A stretch of 64,000 bases of DNA, taken from positions 224,537-288,536 of the forward strand of contig JAQGDQ010000297.1 in the NCBI GenBank assembly GCA_030141605.1, given 5' to 3'. Shown one piece after another: positions 1-13,800 of the stretch. The DNA comes from Tubiluchus corallicola (lineage: Eukaryota; Animalia; Priapulida). The translations under genes were made by a program, and so were the position numbers. How positions within the stretch are numbered: position 1 is the first letter of the stretch; every line of letters begins with the position of its first letter. The notes beneath the pieces are model-generated. The model was not told where the DNA came from. It worked only from the letters and a program-made list of their open reading frames with translations, and ran no database searches.

Positions 1-2151
1 GCTTCAAACCGTAAACAGATAAAATCAGTTTATATTATTGTCAATGCACCCGTTTATCAGCCTGCGTACGCTTTATTCTTTTTCTGCCGTTATTTCTTAT
101 TGATTTTTTTCCGCAGGCTACTCCGCACGCTGTTCCGCAACGGAAATCGCATCCGCACACTACGTAAACGCCACATTACTTTTATTATGACATTGTTACG
201 TGTAAATAAAGATGTAAATCAGTCTCGCTACGTTCGAGTGCTGATGATATAAACTTTACTTTGCTTGGAAAAGAAACTTTAATAGCCAGAGAATTGTCCA
301 AAAACATTAAATTACTTCACGGGTAAAAATATTGAATAGGTTTCGTAATATTTCAGTGGGAGATTTTAATCACCTACTCACTCACACACCGTCGCAGTAT
401 CCATTACGTGACACGGTTTTTGTTCAAATTCAGATCTTAACTGCTTAGTTTCGATTAGCTTTTGGCAGAGCCTTCTTGAGATTCTGTTTTTTAGTTGTTT
501 CCAAGTTGCTTAGTTCGCGTTTATATTCTATACCACAATTAAAAGTTATCTTATGAACTTTTAGATATTGAAATTTAAATGTTTTTGGAATGGGCTATAT
601 TAATTATTATTCTTAATCCCACTGCCAGTTTCTCCAAAGATAACTAACTGTTGAGTAAACTTTGGCCATCATATTAATACATATACATCATACACACGCA
701 TAAAAATTTAACTTAAGAAGTATGTATGGTTTCAAATGTCTGGGAAAATAATAGGTAGAGTGAAAGGATGTAAGATGTGAACAAACAGGTGTGAATTACG
801 ACTTTTATTTCAGATAAGTTAGACTTGCCTTATGTTCAAAACCACCCGAGTAGTTCAAACAAAGTTATCTTTTCCATAATAAGAAAAGTCAGCAGAAACA
901 TGCGCGGTTATCACTGATAAGAATAGGATTCATTTTTGCCAGTTCTCCATTTACGTGGTAGGATGTCAACAAAATCATTTTACAGTTTCAAAACTTCATT
1001 GCAAACACGCTATTGGTGTTTGCTAAACTGGTGTACATGGGTACAGCTGCTTCACCAGTGAAAACCGACCAGAGAAAATCCGTAAAATTTTGCATATCGG
1101 CCAAATTCGACAAAAAATACTTAAAAAATAAAAGAGAAATGCGTACTCTGCGAGAAGAGAGAGAAGGATCGTTAGTATTTGTGCATGCGCCTATAATGAC
1201 ATATCTATAATGATGTATAAATGTTTAAGTAATGCTGCCTGAGTCAGAACTTTCAATTAACTACAAGTGTTCATAATCGTGTTACAAGGTCACAGTTACT
1301 GTCATCTAATCAGCTATATGTAAATGTTGTTAAGCTTGAGTATGATAAGCGTACATTTTATTACTCGGGGGCTATGCTTTGGAATACTCTTCCAAATTAT
1401 ATGAAAGGCGCACGATCTTTACATACTTTCAAAAGATTTGCTAAAACTTATTTTTCGTGTATTGAATAGTCTAATATCAGATATAACCTACAGTTATATA
1501 TCTTGTTACTTTACTTATTTTGTAATTAACGTAATTTTATGTTTCTTTAGTGCAGTAATGACTAGAAAATCATTTTATTCTGTTAGAGAATCATAAACGC
1601 AGCTGTTGTAATGAAATTGTATGAATGAAATGTATATATATATATATCTGTATGTATGTATAATGTTAAAAACTGAGGGCTGTTTGGAAAGCAGTGTTAA
1701 GCACAAAATATTAATATAAATAAAATATATAAATAAAAATAAATAAACTATCAACGACAAGTGGTAGTTTATTTATTTTTGTTTATACAATTACATTATA
1801 TTTTATATGTCACATAATATGTTATATTTTATATATTATATAATATATCAGTGATTTGTCGTTATTATTTGTTTAGTTAATGTAATAGTCGTAAACCTAG
1901 TAACTGCTTTGTGAAACCAGAACCAGGCGAAGAAAAGGCAATTATGAAATATGTCCCCATAAACTTTCCACGCAAAATTATATTACGCATCATCACGCTT
2001 ACTTGCTTGGAAAACTTATGTAACCAGAAAAAGAAAGTTTTAGAATTTGAAATATTCGCGTCACTTAGTAAAATGCAACTGAAACTCACTTTCCCAGGGT
2101 GCACCAGTAACTCACCACAAAAGTATTTTTAATCTTATTGACAAGCTACAG

Positions 2152-2274
2152 CTCACGTGGGAAGGGAGGTCATGGAAATGGAAGTGCTAAGAAACAGAAG
2201 AAGAGGACGACCCAAGCGGAGATGATTTGAATGTGTTAACGGAGACCTTAGAGAGAAAAACCTGAGAAGAAGAA
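2152..2274 (+). mobile_element. 5'-truncated RTE-clade LINE remnant
   Basis: Translates HVGREVMEMEVLRNRRRGRPKRR*FECVNGDLREKNL, the typical RTE ORF C-terminus (RRRGRPKRRW, W mutated to stop). It ends in an (AGA)n tail and is flanked by gacaagctacag (2140-2151) / gacaagatacag (2275-2286), a 12-bp TSD with one mismatch. Confidence 0.75.
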
Positions 2275-3140
2275 GACAAGATACAGTTATTTATACTTTT
2301 GCGTGGTTGGTGAAGTGTGCAGTACGAATTCTTTGAATAGTTTTCTCCAGCTCTACGCAATGTTATCTAAACTTGTTTCAAACGACCTAACGTCAAAATG
2401 GCTGGGCTTAACAGTCTCACGGAGTTCAAATTTAGTTTTATATAGGGTTACCACTAATGCAAGCTCGTACATACACAATAAGATTGTATGTAGGTGACAC
2501 AAAATTCTATGGCGATTTTTTAGTTTTATCTAAGTAAAGGGTTTTCTTGTGCTTTGAGTTAGAGTTTGTTATGACTCCTGGGAGAAGGTTCTAAGCTGTA
2601 ACAGACACCGGCAACACACAGATGTTGAAAAGAAACCACTCTGGATGTGAATGGCGACATGCCTTCTGCCAACATATGATTATAAAAAATAATCACTGTT
2701 ACATAGCTGTGTGAAATTTACTGCGTGTAACATTTCAAGTCGCGAATGTAGCGGTTACGGAGTTTACGGAAGTATGCAGTTATAGTGCTCGTGCCAAATT
2801 TTGAATAATTATATTGCGCGAACATGTCAACTTACATTAAGTCAAATTCAATGAGTTGTCCTCTTGCTTTCACTGATTTATGAGAACATAACCCCAGGTT
2901 GTTTAATCTGTGACGTAGATATGTGAATTTTTGGCATGAGTAACGCGGATGTTCGGCATGCCTGGAAATCATATCAGCTAAACTTAGTTCACATTTCATC
3001 AGTCTTTCATTTTGCAGACAACATAAAACCTTTGGGTGTCTTTTGCTCTAGATTTTTGACTGTTCGGGTTCAGTGCCTGAGTAATTCATGTGGACCCTAT
3101 CAATTAAGCTTGTTTACAAATATCTTTATTTTTCCTTGAT

Positions 3141-4345
3141 GTCGTGATTCGCCCTGCTCAAGGCTTTATCAGGAACTATAAAACGAACAAAACATGACAT
3201 TATTTACTTAAACACACCTACACGAAAATTTCACTAGGTTATGCACTGATTATCAATTAGAAATATTTCAAATTTTACCAAAATTGTACTATATTTTCAC
3301 AAAGAATTAATATGTGCACAGAATTAATTTAGTAAAACTAAAGGTAGTACTTAGAAGTATTTAGTACTGGTGGTATCCTAGGGGGTACAAAAGCAACGAG
3401 TAATCACAGCAATTTATTACATCCGTGTACTGCTGAAACAATAGCGAATCTATCAAACCTCTGTATTTAGTATAAGGGCCTTGGTTGTGCTGTTTCAAGT
3501 TGGACATGAAAAATGGAGACAGTTACAAGTTCCTGTCTTAAATTACATGTAGCTAATGGGCAAACATATATTAGGTGTTCGGAGTTTGAGATGTATGATG
3601 ATCACATTTACAGAGCTCATTGTCAACCAGCCCTATTCGGTATTTAAACGACTTGCGACCTCTGTTAAGCAAAAGGGCAAATGCACTGGTTTCTGTAAGG
3701 CGGTTGTATCTGCAAAAAGGCATTTTTAGTGGATAAATATAAACTACACTTATTTTAGTTGGGTTTCCTGCAGTTAATTGTTTTGTACAGTTCTCTGTAC
3801 GTTTACAAATTCATCAGGTTCTTTCTGCTTGTATTTTAGATGTTGTTCATCCGTAAATATAACCGCAACGCAAGGCTCTTTCTTTGAACAATTTCAACAT
3901 CGGGTTGTATCAGGTTGGCTGAAGGGTAAGATCGAAGCAACGACCCGAAAAACTTTGCGATTAATTTTTTCACTTAAACAGAATGGCAATTCACTGCACC
4001 TCAACCCACAAAAAACACTCGCGCTGTCCTGAAGGGCAAACTGGTTGCTTAGAGGATTCAAAAACATGCTGAGTATTCCGCCTGTATTTAATATTAAAAG
4101 TTTTTAGTATTTAGTAGTAGTAGACAGCCTTGAAGCTATGGTTTGCTATTACTGAATAAAATTTTACTAAATTAATTCTATGCAAATATTCATCTTTTGT
4201 GAATATATAGTACAATTTTGGTAAGTTTTTTAATATTTGTAATTGGTAATCAGTGTAATTTTCGAGTAACTGTATTTGGTGAATAATGTTACGTTTTATT
4301 TGTTTTTTAGTCCCTGATGAAGCCTTGCAAGGTGAAACACGTGCA
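3141..4345. mobile_element. Diverged inverted repeat pair (arms ~3141-3338 and ~4162-4345), each ending in a degenerate minimal hammerhead motif; Penelope-like pLTR relic
   Basis: The arms align in reverse complement (e.g. ttaccaaaattgtactatatt / atatagtacaattttggtaa). The + copy reads CCCTGATGA-AGCCTTG-CAAGGT-GAAACACGTG at 4312-4343; the - copy reads CCTGATAA-AGCCTTG-AG-CAGGGC-GAATCACG at 3173-3143. Confidence 0.55.
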
Positions 4346-4414
4346 GAACGTTAATGAGGACATTTGATTAATGAGACTGCACTAGTTGTTGCATTAGTAA
4401 TCTTGACTACATTT

Positions 4415-4902
<488 letters not shown>

Positions 4903-5122
4903 TGTGAATAAATAAAAAACTTTTTCCGGATTTTTAAATAACTTACAATTCAATACTTAGGCTTATAACTTGCCATTTACACGCATAATGGTCGAAACAA
5001 TTACAACAAAGTCATTAAATATATCGTTATATAACCTTTTGTACAGCACGCTGGCAAATTTCACGACGCCTTGTGTCAAACCACATTGAAAAAACACACG
5101 TAATAATCATGTATGACAATAG

Positions 5123-6432
5123 TTATTTGACACCATTTTGCCGCTTGTTTACCGTTTGAGGCATTTTGTAGTTAAAAATGTTGAAATCTGCCTGGTAGAG
5201 TTTAAGTAATTTTTGAAATCTCGCTGCATGTGTTTTTGAGACCAAGCTTTCCGCTAAGTGTCTGCTCCGTTCATTTTTGTTTGCTCTATCTGCAGGAAAT
5301 TTCAAATCTATTTCTAATCTTTCGAGGAGAAATTCTACATCTTCATCCATAGTCTCCCTCTTTCCAATGTACTGGTAATCTACAACACAAGGGTTACACA
5401 ACTTTTGGTAGCTCTCCCAATGGGGATTCAAATTGCCTCCTTTATCGACTGAAAGAGGGTCTTTTTTACGTGTTCTGTTATTTACCAAATAGGCAAGGAA
5501 TTTGTTAATTTTCATTGTTTCACTGTCAGTTGGTGCACCATTGATTGGTGCTAATTGTTCGTATGTCTTGTCAATATATTTTCTGTAATCTTTATATTTG
5601 CTCCGTGTTTTCTCGTCAATGATGTACTCGTCACCATTACCGCTTTTTGAGCGACTAGGAAAAACGGCATTAAATGAAGACATTATGCGTTCCAGTGGAT
5701 TACGGACGAACATAAACTTTGTATAAGTTCTCAAACGCTTCATTTGATCTTTAAATTCGTATTCACCAAGTCTTCTAAGGCCAGCCTCAGACAGGGATTT
5801 GGAATTGTGCACGTCAGAGTATGTAAGCTTGTCAATGTGACCAATGCCTTTTGCAGCTAACAAAACTCTCAGCCAGTTGCTGGTCATAGAATGAGGCGTA
5901 TAGCAGTACATTATCTTTAGTTCGTCGTCCACTAAAACATTTCTCAAGAATCGAACTCCAACATCGTAATTCCCTTTGTGTTTCAAACATTCTGTCATAG
6001 CATGGTGTCGGCGATGTCTGAAGCGTTCTTCGGGATTATTGGATTCCTGTTGGTGTTGTGTTTGTTTTTTATTTTGATTTGGCTGTTGTTGTTGTTGGTT
6101 TTTGTTTTTGCTTGTTTGTTGTTTTTGTTGGTTTTTATTTTTGTCTGATTGCTGTTTTTCCTGCTGGTTTTTATTTTGGTTTGGTTGTTGGTTTTGTTGA
6201 TTTTGGTTTTGATTTGACCGTTGTTTTTGCTGTTGATTTTTATTTTGGTTTTGATTTTTGTTCGATTGCTGATTGTTTTGATATTGGTTTGGATGCTGCT
6301 TTTGCTGGTTTTGGTTTTGACTTGATTGCTGTGGTTGTGTCTTATTTCGTGATGGAGTTGGTTCAACTGTAGTTGTCGTTTCGTCTTCTGATTCCCAGTT
6401 ATATTTGTCCTCCTTAAATACGGTAATATTTC
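5123..6432 (-). CDS. Terminal coding exon of a carbohydrate sulfotransferase (Sulfotransfer_2; CHST8-14/HNK-1ST-like) with Q/N-rich stem
   Basis: The frame of ORF 5123-5998 stays open upstream to an acceptor attttattccag|GA at 6432 (phase 1). Family motifs: VLVDDELKIMYCYTP..NW.R (5'-PSB region), KFMFVRNPLERIMS (3'-PB), HW..YQKLCNPC...Y.YIGK.ET..ED and LY.ADF.IFNY. The signal-anchor exon is upstream and uncertain. Confidence 0.9.
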
Positions 6433-6987
6433 CTGGAATAAAATAATATTAAGTGCAATAAGTAATCTAATAGCATGATACTTGATGATTATTCGTAATT
6501 ATTAACGAATTACGAATTATTAACGAAGTATTATTATGTTTAACAGCGTTTTTGATAATTACTACAAAGTTAATGATATTAAAGAAATTACAATAATGTC
6601 CGCTACGTTTTATTACTCAGCGGACATTACTTATTACTTACTAAACACGTATATTACTCAGCTACAAAGCAATATGTCTGTTGTCGTAATAGCCGACATA
6701 TCTTTCATTTTTAGTATTCTGAGCTGTTTTGATAATCTTAGATAATAATCCGATCATAATTGAACAGTTTACTGGGATCAGCCTGTAAGTTGTTGTAGAG
6801 CTTACAAAGTTGCCCTTTCAGTAACCGCTGGTGAGTTATTGGGTGAGTCCAATATTTCCAGTGTATATGCGTCTTGTTATAAATGAAAAATACAACCATA
6901 CAACATGGAAAAATGATGCAACATCTTTAAGCTCTTTAGCGCCATTTGCACAATTTAAAATTACGTGTTGCGCGCCTGATTTTGGTG

Positions 6988-7405
6988 CAGGGCCGGAACT
7001 AGATGTGGCAAGCGGGGGGGGGGGGCGCGAGTATCCGAAGTGGTTAAATAATGGTTAAGCCAATTTTTAACCCCTTTTATACTGCATGCAGGCCTATAAT
7101 TAGCATGTGTGTAGGACGGAGTAGCGGACAGAGCAATAATGAGAAAATTAACTCTCAGTTAACCTAACGTTATTAATGTGCCTCTAACTAAATTGTTATT
7201 TACAGAAATTTTATCACACACAAGTTTTAAGAAAATAATACACTGAAGCTACCAAACATTTTTTTACCTAATTCTAATTCATATTGAAAATGATTACATG
7301 CGAACTGCAATATTCACTGCAAAAAAAATTATTTGTCCGATTTTGCAGGGGGCGCAAATTTTGACAGGGGGGCACCCCCCTCGCTCCCTCCTAGTTCGGC
7401 CCCTG
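6988..7405. mobile_element. Non-autonomous hAT-type element (MITE), copy 1
   Basis: Imperfect TIRs cagggccggaactag / ctagttcggcccctg and a perfect 8-bp TSD ttttggtg (6980-6987, 7406-7413). A second family member lies at 52650-52962. Confidence 0.9.
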
Positions 7406-10400
7406 TTTTGGTGCATCAGTAACTTTTGCAAGTTGCAGTTGAGTTGCGCAATTGAAAATTGCATGGCTGGACATGACCTTACAAGTTAAAAATAACTTTA
7501 AATTTAATCAACAGCAGACATCAACGAAGTGCTACCAGGATTATAAAACGTTCAGTGTCATATTTGTACCAGTTGACGTAAGGATTACAATAACTGAAGT
7601 AGATTGTTTTACTAATAAGTTGGCTGTTTGCAGAGCAGTTCGTCATGGTCTTTTAGGCACAGAAATGAATATTTATTCTTAAAATTATTCCTTATAACTC
7701 GCCTGTGTGTGTTCAGCTTGTTTCCTACATCAACAATAATCATAAAAGAAGTCTGTAAGCTTAAGTGACTAGATTTTATAGTTAAATTATATTGTAGTAA
7801 AATTATATAAGTTATAGCCTAAAGGCTAAAATGCATTGCGCAAAACTTTTATAACATTAAGTTTGAAATATGGAAAATTAACGAAAATTAATAATTAAAT
7901 GTGATTTTACGATTGGAAATACAGCCGAAAAGACAGATTTGGAACGTGAACACAGACACTAGCCACAAGTAAAATTCAGTCCAGCCCTGTGATAACGGAG
8001 TCGTTCGCCAGCTCCGCAACATGGTTCACCATATAGTGTTTGTCGTTGTATAGTGTTTGTTCTACCTTGCTTATTCTTTTCAATTTTTTTATATTTTGTA
8101 ATTTTATGCTGTACTATAATTCAATATTTTGGTTGTAATGCTGATAAATAAACTTAATGTTATTTTAACTCTAATTTTTTTTCTTTTTAGTAGTAGTTTT
8201 TTTATTATGATTAGTTTTCGTTGCGTGTGCTAATATTGTAGTCTCTAGTATGTAAAATTGACATTGTAGTCCAGTCTAATCTGTGCAACCTGCGAAAACG
8301 GAGTCATTCGCCAACTCCAACACACAGTATACCAGATTTATTTTGCATTAATTTCTTATTACACAAACACACTCATAAATACCTAAGTTGTTGTGAAATT
8401 TTTGAGGATTGAACAGAATCTGTATCTAATAACCCTGCTAGTAGGTTTCTCCTTTGCTACACATAATTATGTGCTATTAAAGTACATTATAGGCCTATAT
8501 GTTTTACCACTTACATAGTGATTAGAATATAGGTAATCAGTACAATAAGTTATATGTGATATAGTCTATAGTTTAATTATGAGTCTCTGTGTCAGTGAGT
8601 CAGTCTGTGACTAACTAACTGAACAAAAGTTTCAAGTGTGATACGAATTACTTCTGTGATAATTGTACTTTTTTGCCGCTTTTACTCCTATAGTTACGTT
8701 TTTTTAAAACAACTAAATGACTGTAAATGAAACAAAACGCCGTAATCTATTAGCAACAAAGCGTTTAAGCTGCTACTCGTAAATAACAGGAGCTGCACAT
8801 TTCTGTCCGTTATAAAATATAAACTTTGGTGATATGTCCATTAATTCGCTTAAGCCTGTGCAATTTCAATCAATAACAATTTAATCTAGAACCAGTTCAA
8901 AGTTTCTTCTACAAATTACAAAAAATTGAGAAATTTTCACGAAATCCATGAAACGAAATTGCTTGAAATCATGTTGAAAATCTTATAAATGTGTGATAAA
9001 GGAATACATGATGGTTTTGGTACAACAATAAACTACCGCATATTCTAAGTAACTAATTTGTAAAATAATTATCTAGCGAACTGACCTACAGGGTTAGAAT
9101 TTTCTATTTGCAATTTAGTAGTTTTTGTATTCACAATTATATGTTTTGTATCTTGCCTCGGAACCTGTTGTCTAAAACTAAGCAAAGTGTTTCTTATTAT
9201 GACAGTTATACGTAGCTTGCACTATGGTGAACTAGAAACGTTAACGTGATCTGACTAACTTGTACTAACAGACTTCTGTAGTATGGCTGGGGATCTTATA
9301 ATAAAATGAAAGTACTATGATACAAATTGTGCACAGAAGTGACAAAACGTTGCAAAGTCTTGTGCAGACTAATTTTCACCGTATTAGGCAAAAATATCCA
9401 CTTCGAAAACACTAGGCCGACTAGAATAGCAGTTTTTCTACGAAACTAATAAAAACTAGTACAAACCTTGTAGACGAGTTTGATGGTAAACTGTCAAAAA
9501 AGACCAGCCGCACACAAGCAGTAGAAAATATCGCACGTACACATGATTTGATGAAAACATTGCCACTAGTCTAGTTTTTTACCGGACAACCTGTTTGGTG
9601 CAATTGGTGCAATAGCTGTACGCGCAAAATAACAGCATCTAAACCTGTTATTTTAAAAAGTGACTCATTTGACGTAGAACTCTTACCACAAAAGCAAATT
9701 GAATTGAAATCTGTTAAATGAAAATTGTCAAGGTAAAGCGAAAGTTGTCAATATTTAACATGAAAGTAGTGACTAGTGTTGACTTTGCAGGTACTCATCT
9801 ATATGCGGTTTATTATTAACACCGTGTTAACATGTATTGCTGTCAGTTACTAGAATGACTTGCCATTCAATTCAGGTAAAACTTTTAAATGTGTCAACGT
9901 CATCCACCCGGAAATCGTCTGTCAGTCTCGTTCATCAAACTTGAATTGTCAGCTTCAAAAGATTTTGTTCATAAAAATGTTCGCTTAGGGTAAACTCGGT
10001 TGGTTACTGTAAACGAATGTGGTAACTTTTGACACACAATAATCGCTATTATTCGCACACTGTCATAGTTGTACTGTAGTTTAACTGAACGTTGTGAATT
10101 TGGACAATGTGTATAAGAAAAACACCAAATAAAATAGACTAGAAACAAAGCACATCAAAATAATAGCCCAGAAGGTTTGCAAGATTACCTGTTGAAAGAA
10201 GATTAAATTTTTGTGATTTTCCCTAAAGGCAAAACAATAAGATCATTATCAAGTATAATACTCTCTTGTGTACAGCTTGATACGCTGCCAGATCGGATCC
10301 AGTACGCAAGAGTCGATTTTCCTCCTTTAGAAGGTTGTGGCGGGCCGGACCTAGCTTATTATCTCCAGCTAATACTCAAAGATGAGACACTGAACCAATG

Positions 10401-10767
10401 AGTTGTCTTACAGATTTAGAGACGCCTTACCTTAAAAAATTGCACAAAATCAAAATAACCAATAAAAACTTCCCAGAATATTACTCTAACTAAGCCCTGC
10501 TATAGCTTTGCCTGTGTTTCAGCTCTGTTAGCTTTCTGACCGCGCCTGGATCGGTTTCAGCTTTGAGGGTAGACAAAAACACAAAAACGGCCAAATCAGA
10601 ATTTGTATGTTGTGCTATGCATGATATTAATGATGTGTGTTGTCTTGAAAAAACTTCAGGTCTTTTGGTTATGTTTTCCCAGAAGTCATATCCTGGTGAT
10701 CATTTACTGAGTAGAACTAGCATTGCTTCAGTCACTCAACACAGACGGTTAACACCATTTCTCTTAC

Positions 10768-10894
10768 CCGCGACCTTGTCAATGACTTTGTCCCTACATA
10801 GGATCCACGTTGAAATAATAACTACTGAAAATTGTGACACGAGTAATCCCAGGAACCTTAGGTGGCGGATTTAATTTGCAGCTGCCGTCTTCAT
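10768..10894 (-). other. Candidate first coding exon of the sulfotransferase (signal anchor), interrupted by an in-frame TAA
   Basis: Reads MKTAAAN*IRHLRFLGLLVSQFSVVIISTWILCRDKVIDKVA-G|gtaaga. The phase-1 donor is compatible with the 6432 acceptor, and basic residues precede a 20-aa hydrophobic stretch. No transcript support. Confidence 0.3.
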
Positions 10895-13800
10895 TTCTAA
10901 TTAAGCGAATTTGAAACAATCACCAATGCACAAATACAATGATAGATGTTTGACGAAAAGAATATATCGAATATGGCGGGGATGTAGGTTGCCGAGAGTT
11001 TTCAAAAGCTCTATAAAAAAGTCTTAAACATGAAACGGATTGCTTCTGTACAAAATGTTTATTGCACAAAAACAAAAGAGTTGTTAGATAGTTTGGACGC
11101 TTTCGATCAAGTACATTTGTTTACGTTTGTCTCCCTCTCATAAGACTCTTTGTGGGTGAAGGTGGTAAAGTAGCGTCGAAAAATCGAATAGCATCACATA
11201 TAACCATCAATGCCTGGCGTTTTTCATTCTTCACATTATTTAGACTTTTCCTAGACATTGTTGATGTTTGATATCATGTTCATGTTGATTTTGTTACTCG
11301 ACGGTATTGATGCTTTTTCCTGATGACCATTGTCGCTGATTGATGCTTTTACACGCTTAGATGTCGTTTGATGTTATTAGCAAAACCTGCGAGGAAATAG
11401 CTGAGCTGAGCATGCGCTTAGCTACCTATAAGAGTAACACTAAGCCTGGGCAGCAGACGGCTGGGTGACTATACACTAATGTCTTCTTTATAATTTAATA
11501 TATCGTCATTTTAATCCTTAACTGTAATATCAGTTATCGTTATTCAAGATATCACTGTGTTCTAAATACTTCTTTTAGTTTGCACCTTTATTTAATGATG
11601 GCTGCAAAAGCCGAAAGTGTTTACATATCCAACTTTCAATAGAAAAAGCATCAGAGTAATATTAGCGCACCAGTTATTGGTGCTTACAGCATGCTTATCT
11701 GCTAGTACATAGATAATAGTAAATAATTTTGTATTATCAAAAATAACTGTTGTTTAACATGGTTAGATGTAGTGTGCCTCTTCAGGCAAAGCTTAATTAA
11801 AAGGGGAAGAAAGGGTAATTTTACAACACAAAGTTATGTCACTTAGCATTACGATTATTTGTTTGAAGGACGTATGTAAATGGAAAAGAAAATTCTTTGT
11901 ACAGTAATTTAAAACGTTCGCGGAGACTAGTAAAAGGTTGCTGGCTCACCAAAAAAGACGTGCTTTAATCTTACTGACAAGACAAAAGAGTTAGTGATGT
12001 CTGCACTGCGAATGCACTGAAAGTTACACTATGTTATTTAAAATCTTTCTCAATGACTTAAGCTAACCGTTAAAATGGCCGCCCCTAACAGTCAATGCGG
12101 AAGTTTAAATTTTAGTACAAGTTTATATACTGTTATTGCTAATACGAGATGAGCGGAGTAAAACGGCATGCTTTAACTTTTTATAAGAATTCTGTGTTCT
12201 TGTCATTTAATGTTCATATCGCGGCGTAGTATTTACAGGATTTGCAAGTCATGAAGAGATATATGCCTGTGTGCAATTTCAGGAAGGATTACACTACCAA
12301 CGAGGAGGCAACGGCGCAAAACATACAATGGTAAATGATTGCTTGCAAAAGCGTTTATATAAGTTTTAATCAAATACAAAAAGTGCATTAGGATTTTCTT
12401 ATACACAGTTTATTACATTACAGAAGATCTTTTCGGATGGGAACGAGAACAGAACATCGTAGAACATCAAAATGCGATGTTTATATTTGATTAAGACATT
12501 GTTCCAATGGGGCACAACAAAAAAGCACATTATGACACGACCCAGTTAGTATGTAACAGTCTACGCGGTTGCGATGAGCTACTGCCTAGCTCATACCAAG
12601 GATAATAATTGGAGATGACACACCTCACCGATGCTGAGATGCATGTTGTGCAATCTCCCATCGTACTGTGAGTTTTTCTAACAGTCACCCATCTATTTAT
12701 TTACGAGACTCGAATCCACCCGATGGCGTTTAATTTGTAGCTAAGCACGAACAGTCACTCAACCAACATGGTTATCGTAGCTCAATGAATGGTATTTTTC
12801 TTTTGATTCTATAAAATAACTTCAATGTTCGATAAGCTATATATACATATTCGCCAGCATTGTTTTCATTAATTATACATTGTACATACAACACTTATGT
12901 ACATTATAAGTCTGGCATGCACGGCTGATGTTTATCAAATTGAAATTAAATTCAAAAGTACGATAATAATTAGTTAATTAGTTCATTAAGCAATTAATGC
13001 GTGAAGTAATTACGCCATACACACTTTTTGTAACCAACAGAATAATCAACAACAAATGTAGACCTTTGACTACTTAAAGGAGCAAAAAACCCTTTATTTC
13101 CACACACGCAAATGCCATTGGGTGCAAATAATGAACGGACATTTATATATTAAGTTTCTATCACGACATTTAAAAATAAATAAACATCCATGACACTGCT
13201 TATCATTACAGGAATGACAATAATATGTCTCTGTACAAGTATTTTTAATAGGCCGACTTTGCGTGGCACTCTGTACAAATACTAAAACTCGCTAAAATTC
13301 ATTCAAAACAGTCTTTGCCTGCATAAAGTTGGTAACAATTTATTGATTTTTGAGAAGTTAGCAGGTCAATGTATGCGAAAAAGTGCAACAAATACATGAA
13401 GAAATATGCGTCCCAAAAAGACATGTATGCAAATATAGAGAGCTATATTAGCTCAACACAGCAAATTCATTCCAAACAGTAGTATACAACAGTTCTGTTC
13501 TAACATTTGGCGAGTCTATCACGTATTTTTTTTTTACAAAAGCCGTAGGCCTAAAAAATTTCAATTACGCTTGTTTTTACTTGCTCAGTTTCCCGATATT
13601 GTGAAAAAATAACAAAAATAATCATTGGTGCCTACTTCTCCAGTGGCTCTTGTGTATGTAAAAAATCTTTTTGTAAGATTGTGAGTAAATTACAGGCTCA
13701 TGCAGTCACATAAAGTTTAATTTGTCAGACATTTTTATCTTCAAGATTTGTAGTATAATTCACGCTTTTGTACGTACCAATTCTTTTCAATTGTAGCTTG

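Noticed and set aside
5995-6372. ORFs 5995-6366 (-) and 6058-6372 (+) as separate genes
   Set aside because: They are alternative-frame and antisense shadows of the Q/N-rich stem within the sulfotransferase exon.
11592-11625. Additional hammerhead-like string taatgatggctgcaaaagccgaaag
   Set aside because: The CUGA core is broken and no stem I/III can be formed; at most a relic.
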